Notes: a model not told the origin generated them from the letters alone. 63,460 bases of DNA, filler included, from 5 parts of 5 records of this genome joined end to end with filler, not necessarily neighbours in it, one strand, 5' to 3'; shown: positions 30,747 to 42,072, counted from the whole stretch's first letter. Translations and numbers: made by a program.

Positions 30747-32171
30747 ATGCAGCAGGAACATCCGCCAACCTACTTCTTCTTCGATTATGAAACCTGGGGA
30801 ACCAGCCCAGCGAAAGATCGACCGAGTCAGTTTGCTGGCGTTCGAACCGATATGGATTTCAACATTATCGGTGAGCCATTGGTTATCTACTGCCAGTTAC
30901 CCTCTGACTATTTACCAGCGCCGGAAGCGGCACTCATTACGGGTATTACGCCACAAAAGGCAATGGCGCAAGGCTTACCTGAACCTGAGTTTATTGCCCA
31001 GATTCATCAGCAGCTATCGCAGCCCAATACCACCAGTCTAGGTTACAACAGCATTCGCTTTGATGACGAAGTCACCCGCTATACGTGCTACCGTAACTTC
31101 CTTGATCCTTATGCATGGAGCTGGCAAAACAATAACTCTCGTTGGGATTTATTAGACGTGATGCGAGCGTGTCATGCCCTGCGTCCTGACGGTATTCACT
31201 GGCCTGAAAATGACGACGGGTTTACCAGCTTTAAGTTGGAGCATCTTTCGAAAGCAAATGGTATCGAGCACGAGAATGCTCACGATGCAATGGCAGACGT
31301 CATTGCCACCATCGAACTGGCCAAGAAAATCAAAGCGGCACAACCAAAGCTATTTGATTACTTCTTCACCATGCGTCACAAGCGTAAATTGAACGAACTG
31401 ATTGATATCGTCAACATGACACCATTGATGCATGTTTCTGGAATGCTGGGGCGTGAATGTCAGTATACCAGTTGGATTGTTCCTATCGCTTGGCACCCAA
31501 CCAATAAGAACGCGGTAATTGTCGCTGACTTAGCCAAAGATCCTCAACCACTGATTGATCTCACCAGTGATGAATTACGCACACGTCTTTATACTAAGCG
31601 CGACGAACTGGCTATCGATGAACTGCCTGTACCCGTTAAACTGGTGCACTTAAATAAGTGCCCTATTCTCGCACCGGCTAAAACGCTAACCGCAGAAAAT
31701 GCAGAGGCGATTGGTATCAATCGAGAACAATGTTTAGCAAACCTGGCTTTAATTCGCCAACACCCGGCAATACGCGAAAAACTCACGCAACTGTTTTCTG
31801 TCGAGCGAGAGTATGAGAACAGTTCTGATGTCGATACTCAGTTATACGATGGCTTCTTCTCACCTGCCGATAAGGCTTCGATGGAAATAATCAGGGAGAC
31901 CCCTCCAGAGCAACTTGGTGCGCTGGATATCTCTTTTGCTGACAAACGGATCGAACCATTATTGTTCCGCTATCGAGCTCGAAATTTCCCTTGGACACTC
32001 GACGAGACAGAACAACGACGCTGGGCAAATCATTGTCGCTATTTTTACGAAGCGAGACTCGATGATTACATGTTGAATCTAGAAAACTTGGTTCATGAAC
32101 ACGAAAGCGACGAAAAGAAAATAGCGATTCTGAAATCGGTCTACCAATACGTAGCAAAACTTGCGTCTTAA
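30747..32171 (+). CDS. sbcB: Exodeoxyribonuclease I
   Basis: FDYETWG..PAKDRPSQFAG, GYNSIRFDDE, SFKLEHL, AHDAMADV and FRYRARNFP. Confidence 0.97.
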   Translation: MQQEHPPTYFFFDYETWGTSPAKDRPSQFAGVRTDMDFNIIGEPLVIYCQLPSDYLPAPEAALITGITPQKAMAQGLPEPEFIAQIHQQLSQPNTTSLGYNSIRFDDEVTRYTCYRNFLDPYAWSWQNNNSRWDLLDVMRACHALRPDGIHWPENDDGFTSFKLEHLSKANGIEHENAHDAMADVIATIELAKKIKAAQPKLFDYFFTMRHKRKLNELIDIVNMTPLMHVSGMLGRECQYTSWIVPIAWHPTNKNAVIVADLAKDPQPLIDLTSDELRTRLYTKRDELAIDELPVPVKLVHLNKCPILAPAKTLTAENAEAIGINREQCLANLALIRQHPAIREKLTQLFSVEREYENSSDVDTQLYDGFFSPADKASMEIIRETPPEQLGALDISFADKRIEPLLFRYRARNFPWTLDETEQRRWANHCRYFYEARLDDYMLNLENLVHEHESDEKKIAILKSVYQYVAKLAS

Positions 32172-32218
32172 GCCGTCATTTCATTTATAAGTTTTAACTT
32201 CAGTGGCAACAACATTAC

Positions 32219-32584
32219 ATGATACAAACCGTTCTTAAATATATTGTTTCAATGGCAATGATCTTTCTTTGCCTGCTTGCAGGAAACAATCTTCAAACTT
32301 GGTTGGATATATCCATTCCCGGCAGCATTATCGGTATGCTGATTCTTTTCGGACTTCTCGCAAGCGGTTTGCTTCCGGTTCAATGGGTAAAACCCAGTGC
32401 AAACCTATTCATTCGCTATATGGTTCTGATGTTTATCCCCATCAGTGTTGGATTGATGGTGCACTTTGACCTACTGATAGAAAACATCTGGCCTATCCTA
32501 GCAAGTGCCATTGGTGGTACCACTATCGTGCTGGTCGTGCTGGCGTTCTCCCTCGACAGAATTCTAAAAAAAGGAGGCCGATAA
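32219..32584 (+). CDS. CidA/LrgA family protein (YohJ-like)
   Basis: [12 protein letters not shown] and [10 protein letters not shown]; paired with LrgB. Confidence 0.9.
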   Translation: MIQTVLKYIVSMAMIFLCLLAGNNLQTWLDISIPGSIIGMLILFGLLASGLLPVQWVKPSANLFIRYMVLMFIPISVGLMVHFDLLIENIWPILASAIGGTTIVLVVLAFSLDRILKKGGR

Positions 32585-33261
32585 TGTGGTTACTCCTCAC
32601 GATTGCTGTCTTTTTTGTCGCACGTTGGCTTGCAATAAAGTTAAATTCTCCTTTTGCTAATCCACTGTTAATCAGTATCGGCATTATCATTCCTACGCTT
32701 GTGATGCTCAACGTAACTTATGAGACATACGCTGCGGACAACGAATGGATAAACTATCTGCTACAACCTGCTGTTGTTGCACTCGCTTACCCTCTGTACG
32801 AACAATTACCGCAAATCAGAGCCAACTGGCGCATTATCATGTTGGCATGTGGCGTAGGTAGCGTTATGTCTATGCTAACAGCGGGGATCATCGCCGCTTT
32901 GATGGGCGCGGATGCACCATTAATCGCAGCTTTAATGGGTAAATCGGTAACCACGCCAATCGCAATGGAAGTGGCAAGTCATTTGGGAGGAGAACCGGCA
33001 ATCGCAGCCATCATGGTGCTGCTCGTTGGGGTTTTTGGCGCCATCATGGCTTACCCAATATACAACATGCTAAACATCACTCACCCCGTTGCAAAAGGCT
33101 TAACCATGGGAAACGTTTCTCATGCTTTAGGCACAGCAACCTGTGCAGAGAAAGATCAACAAGATGCTGCATTTAGTTCTTTAGCACTGGTGATATGTGG
33201 TGTCATCACCTCCATTCTCGCCCCCAGCCTGTTCAGCCTGGTTCTATTGTTCGCAAATTAA
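32584..33261 (+). CDS. LrgB family protein (YohK-like)
   Basis: NPLL, LLQPAVVALAYPLY, KSVTTPIAM and SHALGTA. Confidence 0.92.
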   Translation: MWLLLTIAVFFVARWLAIKLNSPFANPLLISIGIIIPTLVMLNVTYETYAADNEWINYLLQPAVVALAYPLYEQLPQIRANWRIIMLACGVGSVMSMLTAGIIAALMGADAPLIAALMGKSVTTPIAMEVASHLGGEPAIAAIMVLLVGVFGAIMAYPIYNMLNITHPVAKGLTMGNVSHALGTATCAEKDQQDAAFSSLALVICGVITSILAPSLFSLVLLFAN

Positions 33262-33283
33262 CCTTTCGCTAAACAACAAAAAT

Positions 33284-33315
33284 CAGGCTCGGTTTTTCCC
33301 CGAGCCTGTTTTTTT
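33284..33315 (+). terminator. Rho-independent terminator
   Basis: CAGGCTCGG ... CCGAGCCTG followed by T7. Confidence 0.85.
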
Positions 33316-33338
33316 CGACATTTCCCTGCCTAAATTGG

Positions 33339-33403
33339 TGTGACCTCACTCTAATTATGAAACATTACAGCTCATTGCAATAAATTGCGTGATTAAGATC
33401 GCA
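33339..33403 (+). promoter_or_regulatory. Tandem CRP sites flanking a probable CytR operator upstream of cdd
   Basis: TGTGA-N6-TCTAA (33339-33354) and CGTGA-N6-TCGCA (33388-33403), 49 bp apart, with ATTGCAAT between; matches the known CRP-CytR architecture of cdd promoters. Confidence 0.6.
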
Positions 33404-33459
33404 GTAATTCCACCTATTTGACCTAAACTAGAGTTCAACAATATTAATTGGGACACGTT

Positions 33460-34347
33460 ATGAAAGGCCGTATTGAACAGGCATTAGCAGATATGCAACA
33501 ACCGATAGTTGAGTTCTTATCTCCTATCGTACTCGCTGATGATTTTGACGCGACACTCTCTCCTGAACAGTTCAATCAGCTACTTTCCCTATCGGAAATG
33601 AGCGATGCTGATTTACGTATTACTTTATTGCCGCTTGCAGCCGCATTTGCCTACGTACCGATTTCAAATTTTTACGTTGGCGCATTAGCACGTGGCTTAT
33701 CGGGTCGTATTTATTTTGGCGGCAACATGGAGTTTGCTAACACTCAGATGGGACAAACCATTCACGCGGAACAAGCGGCAATCAGCCATGCTTGGATGAA
33801 AGGTGAGAAAGGCATCAGTGATATCACTGTCAACTACAGCCCTTGTGGTCACTGTCGCCAGTTTATGAATGAGCTGACTACCTCTCAAAGCCTGATGATC
33901 CAATTGCCAAAACGCGCACCAAACTCGCTGCAGTACTATCTTCCAGAATCTTTTGGCCCTTCCGATCTAGGCATTAAAACCGTTCTGATGCATGAAAACA
34001 ATCACGGCTATAGCAGCGATTCAGTGACAGCTCTGGGTCAATCTGCGATTAAAGCTTTGAACCACAGTTACGCACCATACTCAAATAACTTAAGTGGTGT
34101 GGCCCTTAGCTCAATCTCTGGTAAACATTATCTTGGTTCATACGCTGAGAATGCTGCATTTAACCCGAGCCTACCTCCATTACAAGTTGCCTTGATTCAA
34201 ATGCGTATGGCTGGCGAGGAGTTTACCAATATTGATTCAGCTGCACTGGTAGAACTTAAGCAAGGTAGCGTTAGCCATAGGGTTGATACTCAAGCGACTC
34301 TCGACACTCTGAATCTGAAGCTAGACGTGGAATATACCCAGTTGTAA
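33460..34347 (+). CDS. cdd: Cytidine deaminase (dimeric E. coli type)
   Basis: [24 protein letters not shown] and [12 protein letters not shown]; likely start MKGRIE at 33460. Confidence 0.96.
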   Translation: MKGRIEQALADMQQPIVEFLSPIVLADDFDATLSPEQFNQLLSLSEMSDADLRITLLPLAAAFAYVPISNFYVGALARGLSGRIYFGGNMEFANTQMGQTIHAEQAAISHAWMKGEKGISDITVNYSPCGHCRQFMNELTTSQSLMIQLPKRAPNSLQYYLPESFGPSDLGIKTVLMHENNHGYSSDSVTALGQSAIKALNHSYAPYSNNLSGVALSSISGKHYLGSYAENAAFNPSLPPLQVALIQMRMAGEEFTNIDSAALVELKQGSVSHRVDTQATLDTLNLKLDVEYTQL

Positions 34348-34372
34348 TGACTCACTTGATGCTTCGCAATGA

Positions 34373-34398
34373 AAAAGCCAGATCAGTATCTGGCTTTT
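34373..34398. terminator. Bidirectional terminator
   Basis: AAAAGCCAGAT-CAGT-ATCTGGCTTTT between convergent genes. Confidence 0.8.
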
Positions 34399-34409
34399 AT
34401 TTTTTGCAT

Positions 34410-37193
34410 CTATTGGGCAAACTTCTCTAGAGCACGCTCTTTATCCATAGGTTTGAAGAAATAGTAACCCTGAATCTCATCCACATTCCAAACATTCAGT
34501 TTTCGCAGCTGAGAAGCGGTTTCCACCCCTTCAGCAACGGTGGTCATACCCAGTTCTTGAGACATATGAATAATATTTCGAACCAGAGACTTAGCTTTGT
34601 CATTGGTTTCAAGGTTGTCTATGTAAGACTTATCTAACTTAATAATATCCAGTGGGAAGTTGCACAATGAACTGAATGATGAATAACCAGTACCAAAGTC
34701 ATCGAGCGCTAACTGCACTCCTAACGACTTAATAGCTTCCATTCTTTCAACAATTTCACCTTCAGCTCCCATCAAGATACTTTCCGTTAATTCCAAAATT
34801 AACTGTCCCGGAACGAGCTGATACTTATCAATTAGCTTAACCAAGGTTTCGACTAAGCTTCTGTGGTGGAAATGCGGCGTCGACAAGTTAACGTGAATTG
34901 AGAATCGGTTCTGCGAGGATGTGGTACTCTTTTGCTGAATTTCAGTGATGAACTGACAGGACTGCTCAAGAATCGACTCACCGAGTTCAACTATAAGCCG
35001 ACGCTGTTCAGCAAGAGGAATGAACACGGCAGGCGAGACCATTCCAAGAGAAGGATGATTCCAACGCGCCAAAGCTTCAAACCCAACCACCTGACCTGTC
35101 GTAGCATTGACGATAGGTTGAAAGTGCGGAACGATTTCACCATTCTTAAGTGCAGGAATAATATCTCGGTTCAAAGAGAGCGTCTGTTGAGATCTTTGAA
35201 TCAAACAGTCATCAACAACGATAAGGCCTTTGCTACTGCCGGATTTAATCTCTGTCAGAGCGAAAAGCCCCACGTAAGAAAAATTCTCAAAGCTATTAAA
35301 GCTTGTCGTAGAGGGAACCAGTACCGCTTTCAAACCAATATCAAACTCAAAACCTGATATCGATACTTTAGATGAATATTGATCCAATATTGCCGACGCA
35401 CTTTTCTCCAAAAATCCGTAATTATTTTGCGCATCCCAAACTAAGAATTCGTTTTCACTGATACGCCCCGTCGCTTCGTCACCAAAGTAATCCGTTAAGC
35501 TTTCCGCTAAGTGCTTTAATACTTGTTCATGGACAACATGACCATAAATTTCATCAATCTCTTTTAAACGCGATGCTCTAAAATAGAGCATCGTGAACGG
35601 TTGAGGCTCTTCCGCTCCCTGAAAAAAATGATGAATGACGTTTATCACTGTCGGCCGATTGAGCAGTCCTGTCGCTGTATCTCTATGCGTCAGCGACTCT
35701 ATCAGCACCGCCTGCTGCTTTTGTTCACTGATATCTTTAATCGATAACATAATGGCCATTTTACTGTCTTGCTCAAACTGAGTAACCTCAATTAAACAAT
35801 CTATCGTTTCACCATGCCGGTTCGCCAATCCTGCTTCAAACTGTCGCATACCTTGACTCATGTTGATAAAAAGCTGCTCTGCACTACAAATGGCATCATT
35901 ACTGTGGGCACACAAGGTTTCAACATCCTGCCCGACTAAACTTGCGCGCTCGTAACCCAGTAAAGTAAGCAATGCTTGGTTGACGTCGGTTATGGTTCTG
36001 TCAATGACAAGGACCATGCCGAGCGTTTGGCTATGATACAAAGCATCATATTTTTGCAACGTGTCTTTTAACATATCTTCCGTTTGCGACGAGTTGGCAG
36101 CTAACGCCTGTACTAGCTTAGTAATGCGTTCAAACTCATCTTTATGTTCGGCAAGATCGACATCGGTATTGGATACCAACGCTTTGATATCCTGCTCAAA
36201 ATAACTAAACCGCTTTCCGACATTGTTGCGAAACAGCATAAAGGTCACCAAGGAAACCGCCGTTGTGACCAATGTGATCGCAAAGATAAGATAATAAAAA
36301 ACAGACTCACCTTTTTGATAGTAGGTGCGTTTTTCCTTAGTTTTTAATAAGGCAATCTCTTTGCCGTTTATATCGTAGAGTGACGTGTAGTGATAGAGCT
36401 CTTCTGGTGTTCGGCTAATGCCAATAAATTCATCATCATGTTCATGAACAAGATCCAAATGCTCGCCATGCAAATTGATCTGTTCTCTGTCGGTAATAAT
36501 CGAGTTTTCTGCCGTTAGCAGCCCTTGAAAGTCGGATGGGAAGCGTGCAGATAGGTGTTGCCCCCATAACATCCAACCAGCAAATGCTTCATCACTTCCC
36601 CCGTTTCGTACTGGAGCTATGCTCACTACCCATATGTCGTTGTTAATACGAATTAAGCCATATGTACCGGTCTTTTGTGCATTAAGTTTGTAACGCATCG
36701 TCGCGATATGATTAGCGATACCAGGGTCGCGGATTAATAACTCATTAAACGCTTCAATATCCGCTATGTTTCTACCAATACCCGCAACAAACTCTTTTTG
36801 CGGGGTAATAAAGGTCATCAGATCAAGCTCTAAGTTATTCAGATCATCGAAGTGTAAATTTCTTTCCTCAAACCCAGTATTTTCTTCTGTAAGAAGTTCA
36901 TAAGATTCGGTCCAGTAGGCCCAATCATAAGATCTTTCCTGTTGATGAGAACTAAGAGATTGAATAACAAAGTATGCTTGCGAGCTGGACTTATGAATCT
37001 CAATGTTCTCCAACTCATCAAGGCTGTATAGAAAAAAATAGCGGGTTAAGAATAGGCTACTGAAAATAATCCCAGTTAAACCTAAGCCAAACAAAAAGGC
37101 GGTTTTGGTATGCAGAGTAACAAAGCGAAAACGGGATAGTCTATTCAAGGAGGACTGCGACTCTCTATTTATCATTTGCGATAGAAATACCAC
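34410..37193 (-). CDS. Membrane-anchored CHASE4-PAS-GGDEF(degenerate)-EAL c-di-GMP phosphodiesterase
   Basis: TM, DWAYWTESY (CHASE4), TM, PAS, GRISENEF in place of GGDEF, and intact EAL motifs FEALARW, ELTES, LDDFGTGYSS, KLDKSY and AEGVET. Confidence 0.88.
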   Translation of the reverse strand: MVFLSQMINRESQSSLNRLSRFRFVTLHTKTAFLFGLGLTGIIFSSLFLTRYFFLYSLDELENIEIHKSSSQAYFVIQSLSSHQQERSYDWAYWTESYELLTEENTGFEERNLHFDDLNNLELDLMTFITPQKEFVAGIGRNIADIEAFNELLIRDPGIANHIATMRYKLNAQKTGTYGLIRINNDIWVVSIAPVRNGGSDEAFAGWMLWGQHLSARFPSDFQGLLTAENSIITDREQINLHGEHLDLVHEHDDEFIGISRTPEELYHYTSLYDINGKEIALLKTKEKRTYYQKGESVFYYLIFAITLVTTAVSLVTFMLFRNNVGKRFSYFEQDIKALVSNTDVDLAEHKDEFERITKLVQALAANSSQTEDMLKDTLQKYDALYHSQTLGMVLVIDRTITDVNQALLTLLGYERASLVGQDVETLCAHSNDAICSAEQLFINMSQGMRQFEAGLANRHGETIDCLIEVTQFEQDSKMAIMLSIKDISEQKQQAVLIESLTHRDTATGLLNRPTVINVIHHFFQGAEEPQPFTMLYFRASRLKEIDEIYGHVVHEQVLKHLAESLTDYFGDEATGRISENEFLVWDAQNNYGFLEKSASAILDQYSSKVSISGFEFDIGLKAVLVPSTTSFNSFENFSYVGLFALTEIKSGSSKGLIVVDDCLIQRSQQTLSLNRDIIPALKNGEIVPHFQPIVNATTGQVVGFEALARWNHPSLGMVSPAVFIPLAEQRRLIVELGESILEQSCQFITEIQQKSTTSSQNRFSIHVNLSTPHFHHRSLVETLVKLIDKYQLVPGQLILELTESILMGAEGEIVERMEAIKSLGVQLALDDFGTGYSSFSSLCNFPLDIIKLDKSYIDNLETNDKAKSLVRNIIHMSQELGMTTVAEGVETASQLRKLNVWNVDEIQGYYFFKPMDKERALEKFAQ

Positions 37194-37470
37194 ACCAACT
37201 TGGATAAATTAATGATATATGTCGAATAACATACTGCAAAACAACAAAAGACTATAAAAAATCACTGCGACGGTCACATTTTGTATTTTCCACCTATGGA
37301 TAAAAAATAAGTAAAACAAACCACTAATCTTGCTCTTTAATCAAGTGTTATGTGTTTTTTTACGTTCAACACAACCCTATGTACCAAGTGCACAGAATCA
37401 CCACGACAACCATGACGCTTAAGTAAAACCCTGATAATTTGGCTTTTCTTCGCGTCAAACACTCGTAAGG

Positions 37471-38352
37471 ATGCTTATGTTTGAACAAGTGGTTCGGATT
37501 CTTTTCCCGGTTATCGCTTTGGTCGTTGTCGGCTACGTCATCGGTCGCTGGCTTAAACCTGACTTCCGCCCGATAAACCGAATCAATATGGAAGCTTTTG
37601 TTCCTGCATTGGTGTTTTCTTCACTATCAACCATGCCACTCAGTACCGAAGAACTGCCTCTGATCTACGCCTCTCTAGTATCTGTATTAGTGCCAGGTTT
37701 ACTGATGGTTCCTATCTGTAAACTCGGAGGATGGAACTTTAAAGCTTGGGCACCACTGCATATGTTTCGAAATAGCGGTAACCTTGCCATTCCTTTGTTT
37801 ACGTATACTTTTGGTCAAGCTGCGCTCTCATCTGCGGTATTACTGTTTGTGGTATCAGCATGCTTACATATCAGCATTGGGCTCGCTGTCCTCAGTAAAG
37901 GCAATACATTTAAACAGATCGTCTCCACCCCGGTTTTTATTGCAGCGGTCGCGGCTATGGGGTTGAACTTATCCGGAACCTCCGTATGGGAACCACTGTA
38001 CGAAGCCACCAAACTACTTGGTCAGGCTGCCGTTCCAGTCATGCTGCTTTCATTGGGTTCACAAATGACTCATATGCAGCTATCGGGAATCAAAGTCGGT
38101 TTGATTTCGACCGCGCAATCTCTGATCACAGGGGCTATCGCTTTTGCGATTATCTATTACTTCATCCCGCTACCGCCAATGCAGCTAAAAATGATGGTGC
38201 TGTTTACCATGCTACCACCCGCCGTAATGAACTATTTGTTTGCTGAGCGCTATAAAATTGAAGCGACGAACGTGGCTTCCATGGTGTTATTCGGTAACTT
38301 TTTAAGTATTTTCACTTTACCCCTGCTGCTTATCTTCGCCTTCTCGTTATAG
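37471..38352 (+). CDS. AEC (auxin efflux carrier) family transporter
   Basis: VPALVFSSL, FRNSGNLAIP, LGQAAVPVMLLSLG and LPPAVMNY. Confidence 0.88.
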   Translation: MLMFEQVVRILFPVIALVVVGYVIGRWLKPDFRPINRINMEAFVPALVFSSLSTMPLSTEELPLIYASLVSVLVPGLLMVPICKLGGWNFKAWAPLHMFRNSGNLAIPLFTYTFGQAALSSAVLLFVVSACLHISIGLAVLSKGNTFKQIVSTPVFIAAVAAMGLNLSGTSVWEPLYEATKLLGQAAVPVMLLSLGSQMTHMQLSGIKVGLISTAQSLITGAIAFAIIYYFIPLPPMQLKMMVLFTMLPPAVMNYLFAERYKIEATNVASMVLFGNFLSIFTLPLLLIFAFSL

Positions 38353-38364
38353 CGAATGGAATAT

Positions 38365-38389
38365 GTCAACTTAGGTCAACAAAGGTAAA
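38365..38389 (+). promoter_or_regulatory. CpxR-like direct-repeat box
   Basis: GTCAA-N5-GTCAA-N5-GTAAA (CpxR consensus GTAAA-N5-GTAAA), about 75 nt upstream of the ferric reductase gene. Confidence 0.6.
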
Positions 38390-38464
38390 TCAACTTAAAG
38401 TTCGTTTCGCCCTAACACCAGCAGGAATACAATTATTCTATATAAAACTCATGGAATAACTGTT

Positions 38465-39778
38465 ATGAAAAAAATCACTCTGCTTGTGATACTGTTGTGG
38501 TTGCCAACGGTATTTTTTACTATGCAAGCTGACGCTAATTTTTTCTATTGGCGCCATCAACTCACTATGGTGACCGGAGCGCTTGGCTTAGTTTACATGG
38601 CAGTCGCTATGGTTCTGGCCATGCGTATTCCCAAAGTTGAAGAATATGTACAAGGATTGGATAAAGGCTACGCCATACACAAGCAAATGGGGATCGGTGC
38701 GCTTGTCAGTCTAGTTGCTCATTGGCTGCTTATTGAGTCACCTAAATGGCTCATCGGATTAGGGGTAATTGCTAGTCCACAAAGAAGGCAGCGTTTAGGA
38801 CAACTTGTCGAGGGGATTAACTGGGTTCACTGGGCGAAAGTCGTCGGCGAATACACCTTCTATATCTTCGTCATATTTGCCGCTATCAGTCTTATCCAAG
38901 CCATCAGCTATCGTAAATTCCGTTTTACCCACAAACTTGCGGGCGCTATTTTCATCGCTGGCGTATTCCACTCAGTAGTTTTACTCGACTACCAATGGAG
39001 TGCATCTGCATTCAACATTGTTATTTGGTTGTGTGCCATCATTGGTTCCATCTGTGCTCTAGTATCGTTAACGGGGTCAATTGGCCGTGCACGAACAGTG
39101 AATGGGCAAGTAACGGCGGTAAAACGTATTCATGACGAGTCCAGCCAATCGCGTGTATTGCACGTCTCGATTAAACTCGACAATGATATTGACTATAAAG
39201 CAGGGCAATTTGCTTATGTTAACTTCAACGATGGCGAAGCACCGCATCCATTTTCCGTTTTGAAATATGATCAACTCAACCAGCAACTCGAGTTCGCAAT
39301 TAAAGATCTGGGCGACTATACCCATACGCTCTATGATCAGCTCCAGTCTGGCGCATCAGTTGGCGTAGAAGGCGGTTATGGTCGCTTCTATATCCCTTCC
39401 ACCTCCTCTCAGGTTTGGATTGGTGCAGGTATTGGCATAGTGCCGTTTGTGGCTTGGCTATATCATCTATCACACTATCCACACTCAACCAGTCGTCATG
39501 TTGAGCTCTTCTATTGCCGTGACAACGATGATCAGACTTATTTCGTCCAACTCCTAGAAAAACTGACCAATAAACTGCCTTACGTGCAGCTTCACGTTTA
39601 CACCGCCAGCCACAACGAGTTCCTGTGTGCAGAACGTGTGGCTCAGAAAATCGACTTATCCAGCTCAAGCGTCAGTTTTTGTGGCCCAATTAACTTCGGC
39701 TCCAAGATGAAGAATCATTTGATAAACATGGGATTAGCGAAACAAAACTTTCATTCAGAACGCTTTGTAATGCGTTAA
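38465..39778 (+). CDS. Ferric-reductase-like transmembrane oxidoreductase with FAD/NAD-binding domains
   Basis: GLDKGYAIHK, paired TM His residues, AGQFA, HPFS, IKDLGDYT, EGGYG, GAGIGIVPF, FCGP and ERF. Confidence 0.9.
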   Translation: MKKITLLVILLWLPTVFFTMQADANFFYWRHQLTMVTGALGLVYMAVAMVLAMRIPKVEEYVQGLDKGYAIHKQMGIGALVSLVAHWLLIESPKWLIGLGVIASPQRRQRLGQLVEGINWVHWAKVVGEYTFYIFVIFAAISLIQAISYRKFRFTHKLAGAIFIAGVFHSVVLLDYQWSASAFNIVIWLCAIIGSICALVSLTGSIGRARTVNGQVTAVKRIHDESSQSRVLHVSIKLDNDIDYKAGQFAYVNFNDGEAPHPFSVLKYDQLNQQLEFAIKDLGDYTHTLYDQLQSGASVGVEGGYGRFYIPSTSSQVWIGAGIGIVPFVAWLYHLSHYPHSTSRHVELFYCRDNDDQTYFVQLLEKLTNKLPYVQLHVYTASHNEFLCAERVAQKIDLSSSSVSFCGPINFGSKMKNHLINMGLAKQNFHSERFVMR

Positions 39779-39798
39779 ACTGTCGTAACGACAGTAAA

Positions 39799-39814
39799 AA
39801 GCAAACGTTTGCTT
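39799..39814. promoter_or_regulatory. PurR operator (pur box)
   Basis: Palindrome AAGCAAACGTTTGCTT versus consensus ACGCAAACGTTTGCGT, upstream of purT. Confidence 0.8.
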
Positions 39815-39880
39815 TTGTCCGCTATTGCAGTATTATGGCGCCTGTTTTTTGCTACTAACTCATAATTATAAGGATTCTCT

Positions 39881-41056
39881 ATGTTTGGGACTGCTACACG
39901 AGATAACGCTACCCGTGTGCTATTACTTGGCTCTGGTGAACTGGGTAAAGAAGTCGCTATTGAATGCCAACGCCTATGCTTGGAAGTGATTGCCTGTGAC
40001 CGATATGCTGATGCTCCAGCAATGCAAGTGGCACACCGCAGCCATGTGCTAGATATGCTTGACGGCGAAGCTCTACAGAAAATCATTGAACTAGAGAAGC
40101 CTGATTATGTTGTTCCAGAAATCGAAGCCATCGCAACTGATAAGTTGGTGGATCTTGAAGGTCAAGGCGTAAATGTGGTTCCAACAGCAAATGCCACACG
40201 CCTGACAATGAACCGTGAGGGTATTCGTCGCTTAGCAGCAGACGAACTCTCTCTGTCAACCTCCCCTTTTAAGTTTGCCGACAACTACCAAGATTTTGTG
40301 GCGGCCGTTGAACACGTCGGTATTCCTTGTGTGTGTAAACCGGTTATGAGCTCTTCAGGCAAAGGCCAGAGCGTAATCAAAACCGCAGAAGATGTTGAAA
40401 AGGCATGGACCTATGCTCAAGAAGGCGGTCGTACTGGTGCAGGACGCGTTATCGTTGAAGGCTTCATCGATTTTGATTATGAAATCACACTACTCACTGT
40501 ACGTGCAGTAGACGGAGTGCATTTCTGCGCGCCTGTGGGCCATCGCCAAGAAGATGGCGACTATCGTGAGTCATGGCAGCCTCAAGCGATGTCTGAAAAC
40601 GCATTGAAAGCCGCGGAGTACGTTGCTGAGCAGATCGTTAATGCGCTAGGTGGTTACGGTATCTTTGGCGTTGAACTGTTTGTTAAAGGCGATCACGTTA
40701 TCTTTAATGAAGTGTCTCCACGCCCGCACGATACAGGATTGGTGACTTTGATTTCTCAGGATGTTTCAGAATTCGCACTTCATGTTCGCGCGTTTACTGG
40801 CTCACCAATTGGTAAAATCACCCAATATGGTCCATCGGCGTCGGTTGCTATTCTTGGTCAGGGTACATCAACCAATATCCAGTTTGATGGTCTTGCCGAG
40901 GCACTAGCGGTTCCTCAATCACAAGTACGTCTATTTGGTAAGCCAGAGATTGACGGTCGTCGTCGACTCGGGGTTGCTCTTGCTCGTGGTAAAGATACCA
41001 CTCAAGCAATCGACAAAGCGCTTGAGTGTGCTAAAGCGGTTAAGGTTATCTACTAA
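39881..41056 (+). CDS. purT: Formate-dependent phosphoribosylglycinamide formyltransferase
   Basis: [39 protein letters not shown] and RLFGKP. Confidence 0.98.
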   Translation: MFGTATRDNATRVLLLGSGELGKEVAIECQRLCLEVIACDRYADAPAMQVAHRSHVLDMLDGEALQKIIELEKPDYVVPEIEAIATDKLVDLEGQGVNVVPTANATRLTMNREGIRRLAADELSLSTSPFKFADNYQDFVAAVEHVGIPCVCKPVMSSSGKGQSVIKTAEDVEKAWTYAQEGGRTGAGRVIVEGFIDFDYEITLLTVRAVDGVHFCAPVGHRQEDGDYRESWQPQAMSENALKAAEYVAEQIVNALGGYGIFGVELFVKGDHVIFNEVSPRPHDTGLVTLISQDVSEFALHVRAFTGSPIGKITQYGPSASVAILGQGTSTNIQFDGLAEALAVPQSQVRLFGKPEIDGRRRLGVALARGKDTTQAIDKALECAKAVKVIY

Positions 41057-41073
41057 CGCTTTCGCTTAATGTA

Positions 41074-41097
41074 AGAACCCAGCAGTCGCTGGGTTCT
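41074..41097. terminator. Hairpin between convergent purT and tpm
   Basis: AGAACCCAGC-AGTC-GCTGGGTTCT. Confidence 0.65.
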
Positions 41098-41117
41098 ATT
41101 CATTAGGGTAAACAATT

Positions 41118-41765
41118 CTAGCTCTGAATCAGCCAAACTTCTTCAGCAAATCGAGATAACCCTTTCTTTGCCCGTTTAGGGTGCTGTGCATCAGCCGTAT
41201 TTTGCGCCAATCTCTCAACCTTAAACTCTGAAAACAAGGACTCCACTTCTCTGTGAGGAACACTGAATGGAGGACCCGCCATCTCATCTTGAACATAATC
41301 TAAAGTAACCAATAGTATTCTGCCGCCAGGCTTTAGCACCGATTTTAGACGAGCAACGTACTCACTACGCATCTCTTCAGGGAGTGCTACTAACGCTGCA
41401 CGATCATAGATGATGTCATACGTTTCTATCGGTGCAGTAAAAAAATCACCGGTATAAATAAATAACTCATCGAACTGATAAAGTTCGTGGTTTGCGTTTA
41501 TCTGTACCACCAGCGGAGTATAAAAGTGCTCTGCAAAAAACGAACGAACGGCAATAGTACTCAACTCAACACCGTGTACCTCATCATGCTTTTGCGCCAG
41601 CCAAATTAAATCTTCACTTTTGCCGCATAAAGGAACAAAAACGTTCTCATCACGTTGAGGAGCCGTTTTATGCCAGTGCTCAATCAACAGTGGGTTTACA
41701 TCTTCTAAATGGAAGCCGATTTGGTTTGAAGCCCATTTACTGTGCCAAAATTCAGGGTCTCTCAT
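41118..41765 (-). CDS. tpm: Thiopurine S-methyltransferase
   Basis: [32 protein letters not shown] and GPPFSV. Confidence 0.94.
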   Translation of the reverse strand: MRDPEFWHSKWASNQIGFHLEDVNPLLIEHWHKTAPQRDENVFVPLCGKSEDLIWLAQKHDEVHGVELSTIAVRSFFAEHFYTPLVVQINANHELYQFDELFIYTGDFFTAPIETYDIIYDRAALVALPEEMRSEYVARLKSVLKPGGRILLVTLDYVQDEMAGPPFSVPHREVESLFSEFKVERLAQNTADAQHPKRAKKGLSRFAEEVWLIQS

Positions 41766-41916
41766 TAATGCTCTCTATACTGCCAGTCACTATAATTTTC
41801 CAAGAGTAACCAATTCTCATTCACTGCGGTAGTCTAATCTCAAGCAAACATGTTTTGTTACAAAGCGAAATTGAACCAATCTAATGAAGCGCACTCTGAG
41901 TGATTAGGGCGAATGG

Positions 41917-41932
41917 TGTGACGATAACCACA
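41917..41932. promoter_or_regulatory. CRP-like site in the tpm/relV divergent region
   Basis: TGTGA-CGATAA-CCACA, one mismatch to TGTGA-N6-TCACA. Confidence 0.5.
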
Positions 41933-42072
41933 CTATTTCCGATAAAACGGGTCAATGAATTGAAATACTCAATGACGCCCCCCATTTAAAGTTTAACGCT
42001 GCTTGAGTTTGACCGTTGAAAAGAGCCCTTTGAGTGCCCCTTTTGATTTTCAGCACAAACCAAGGAGAGTGA

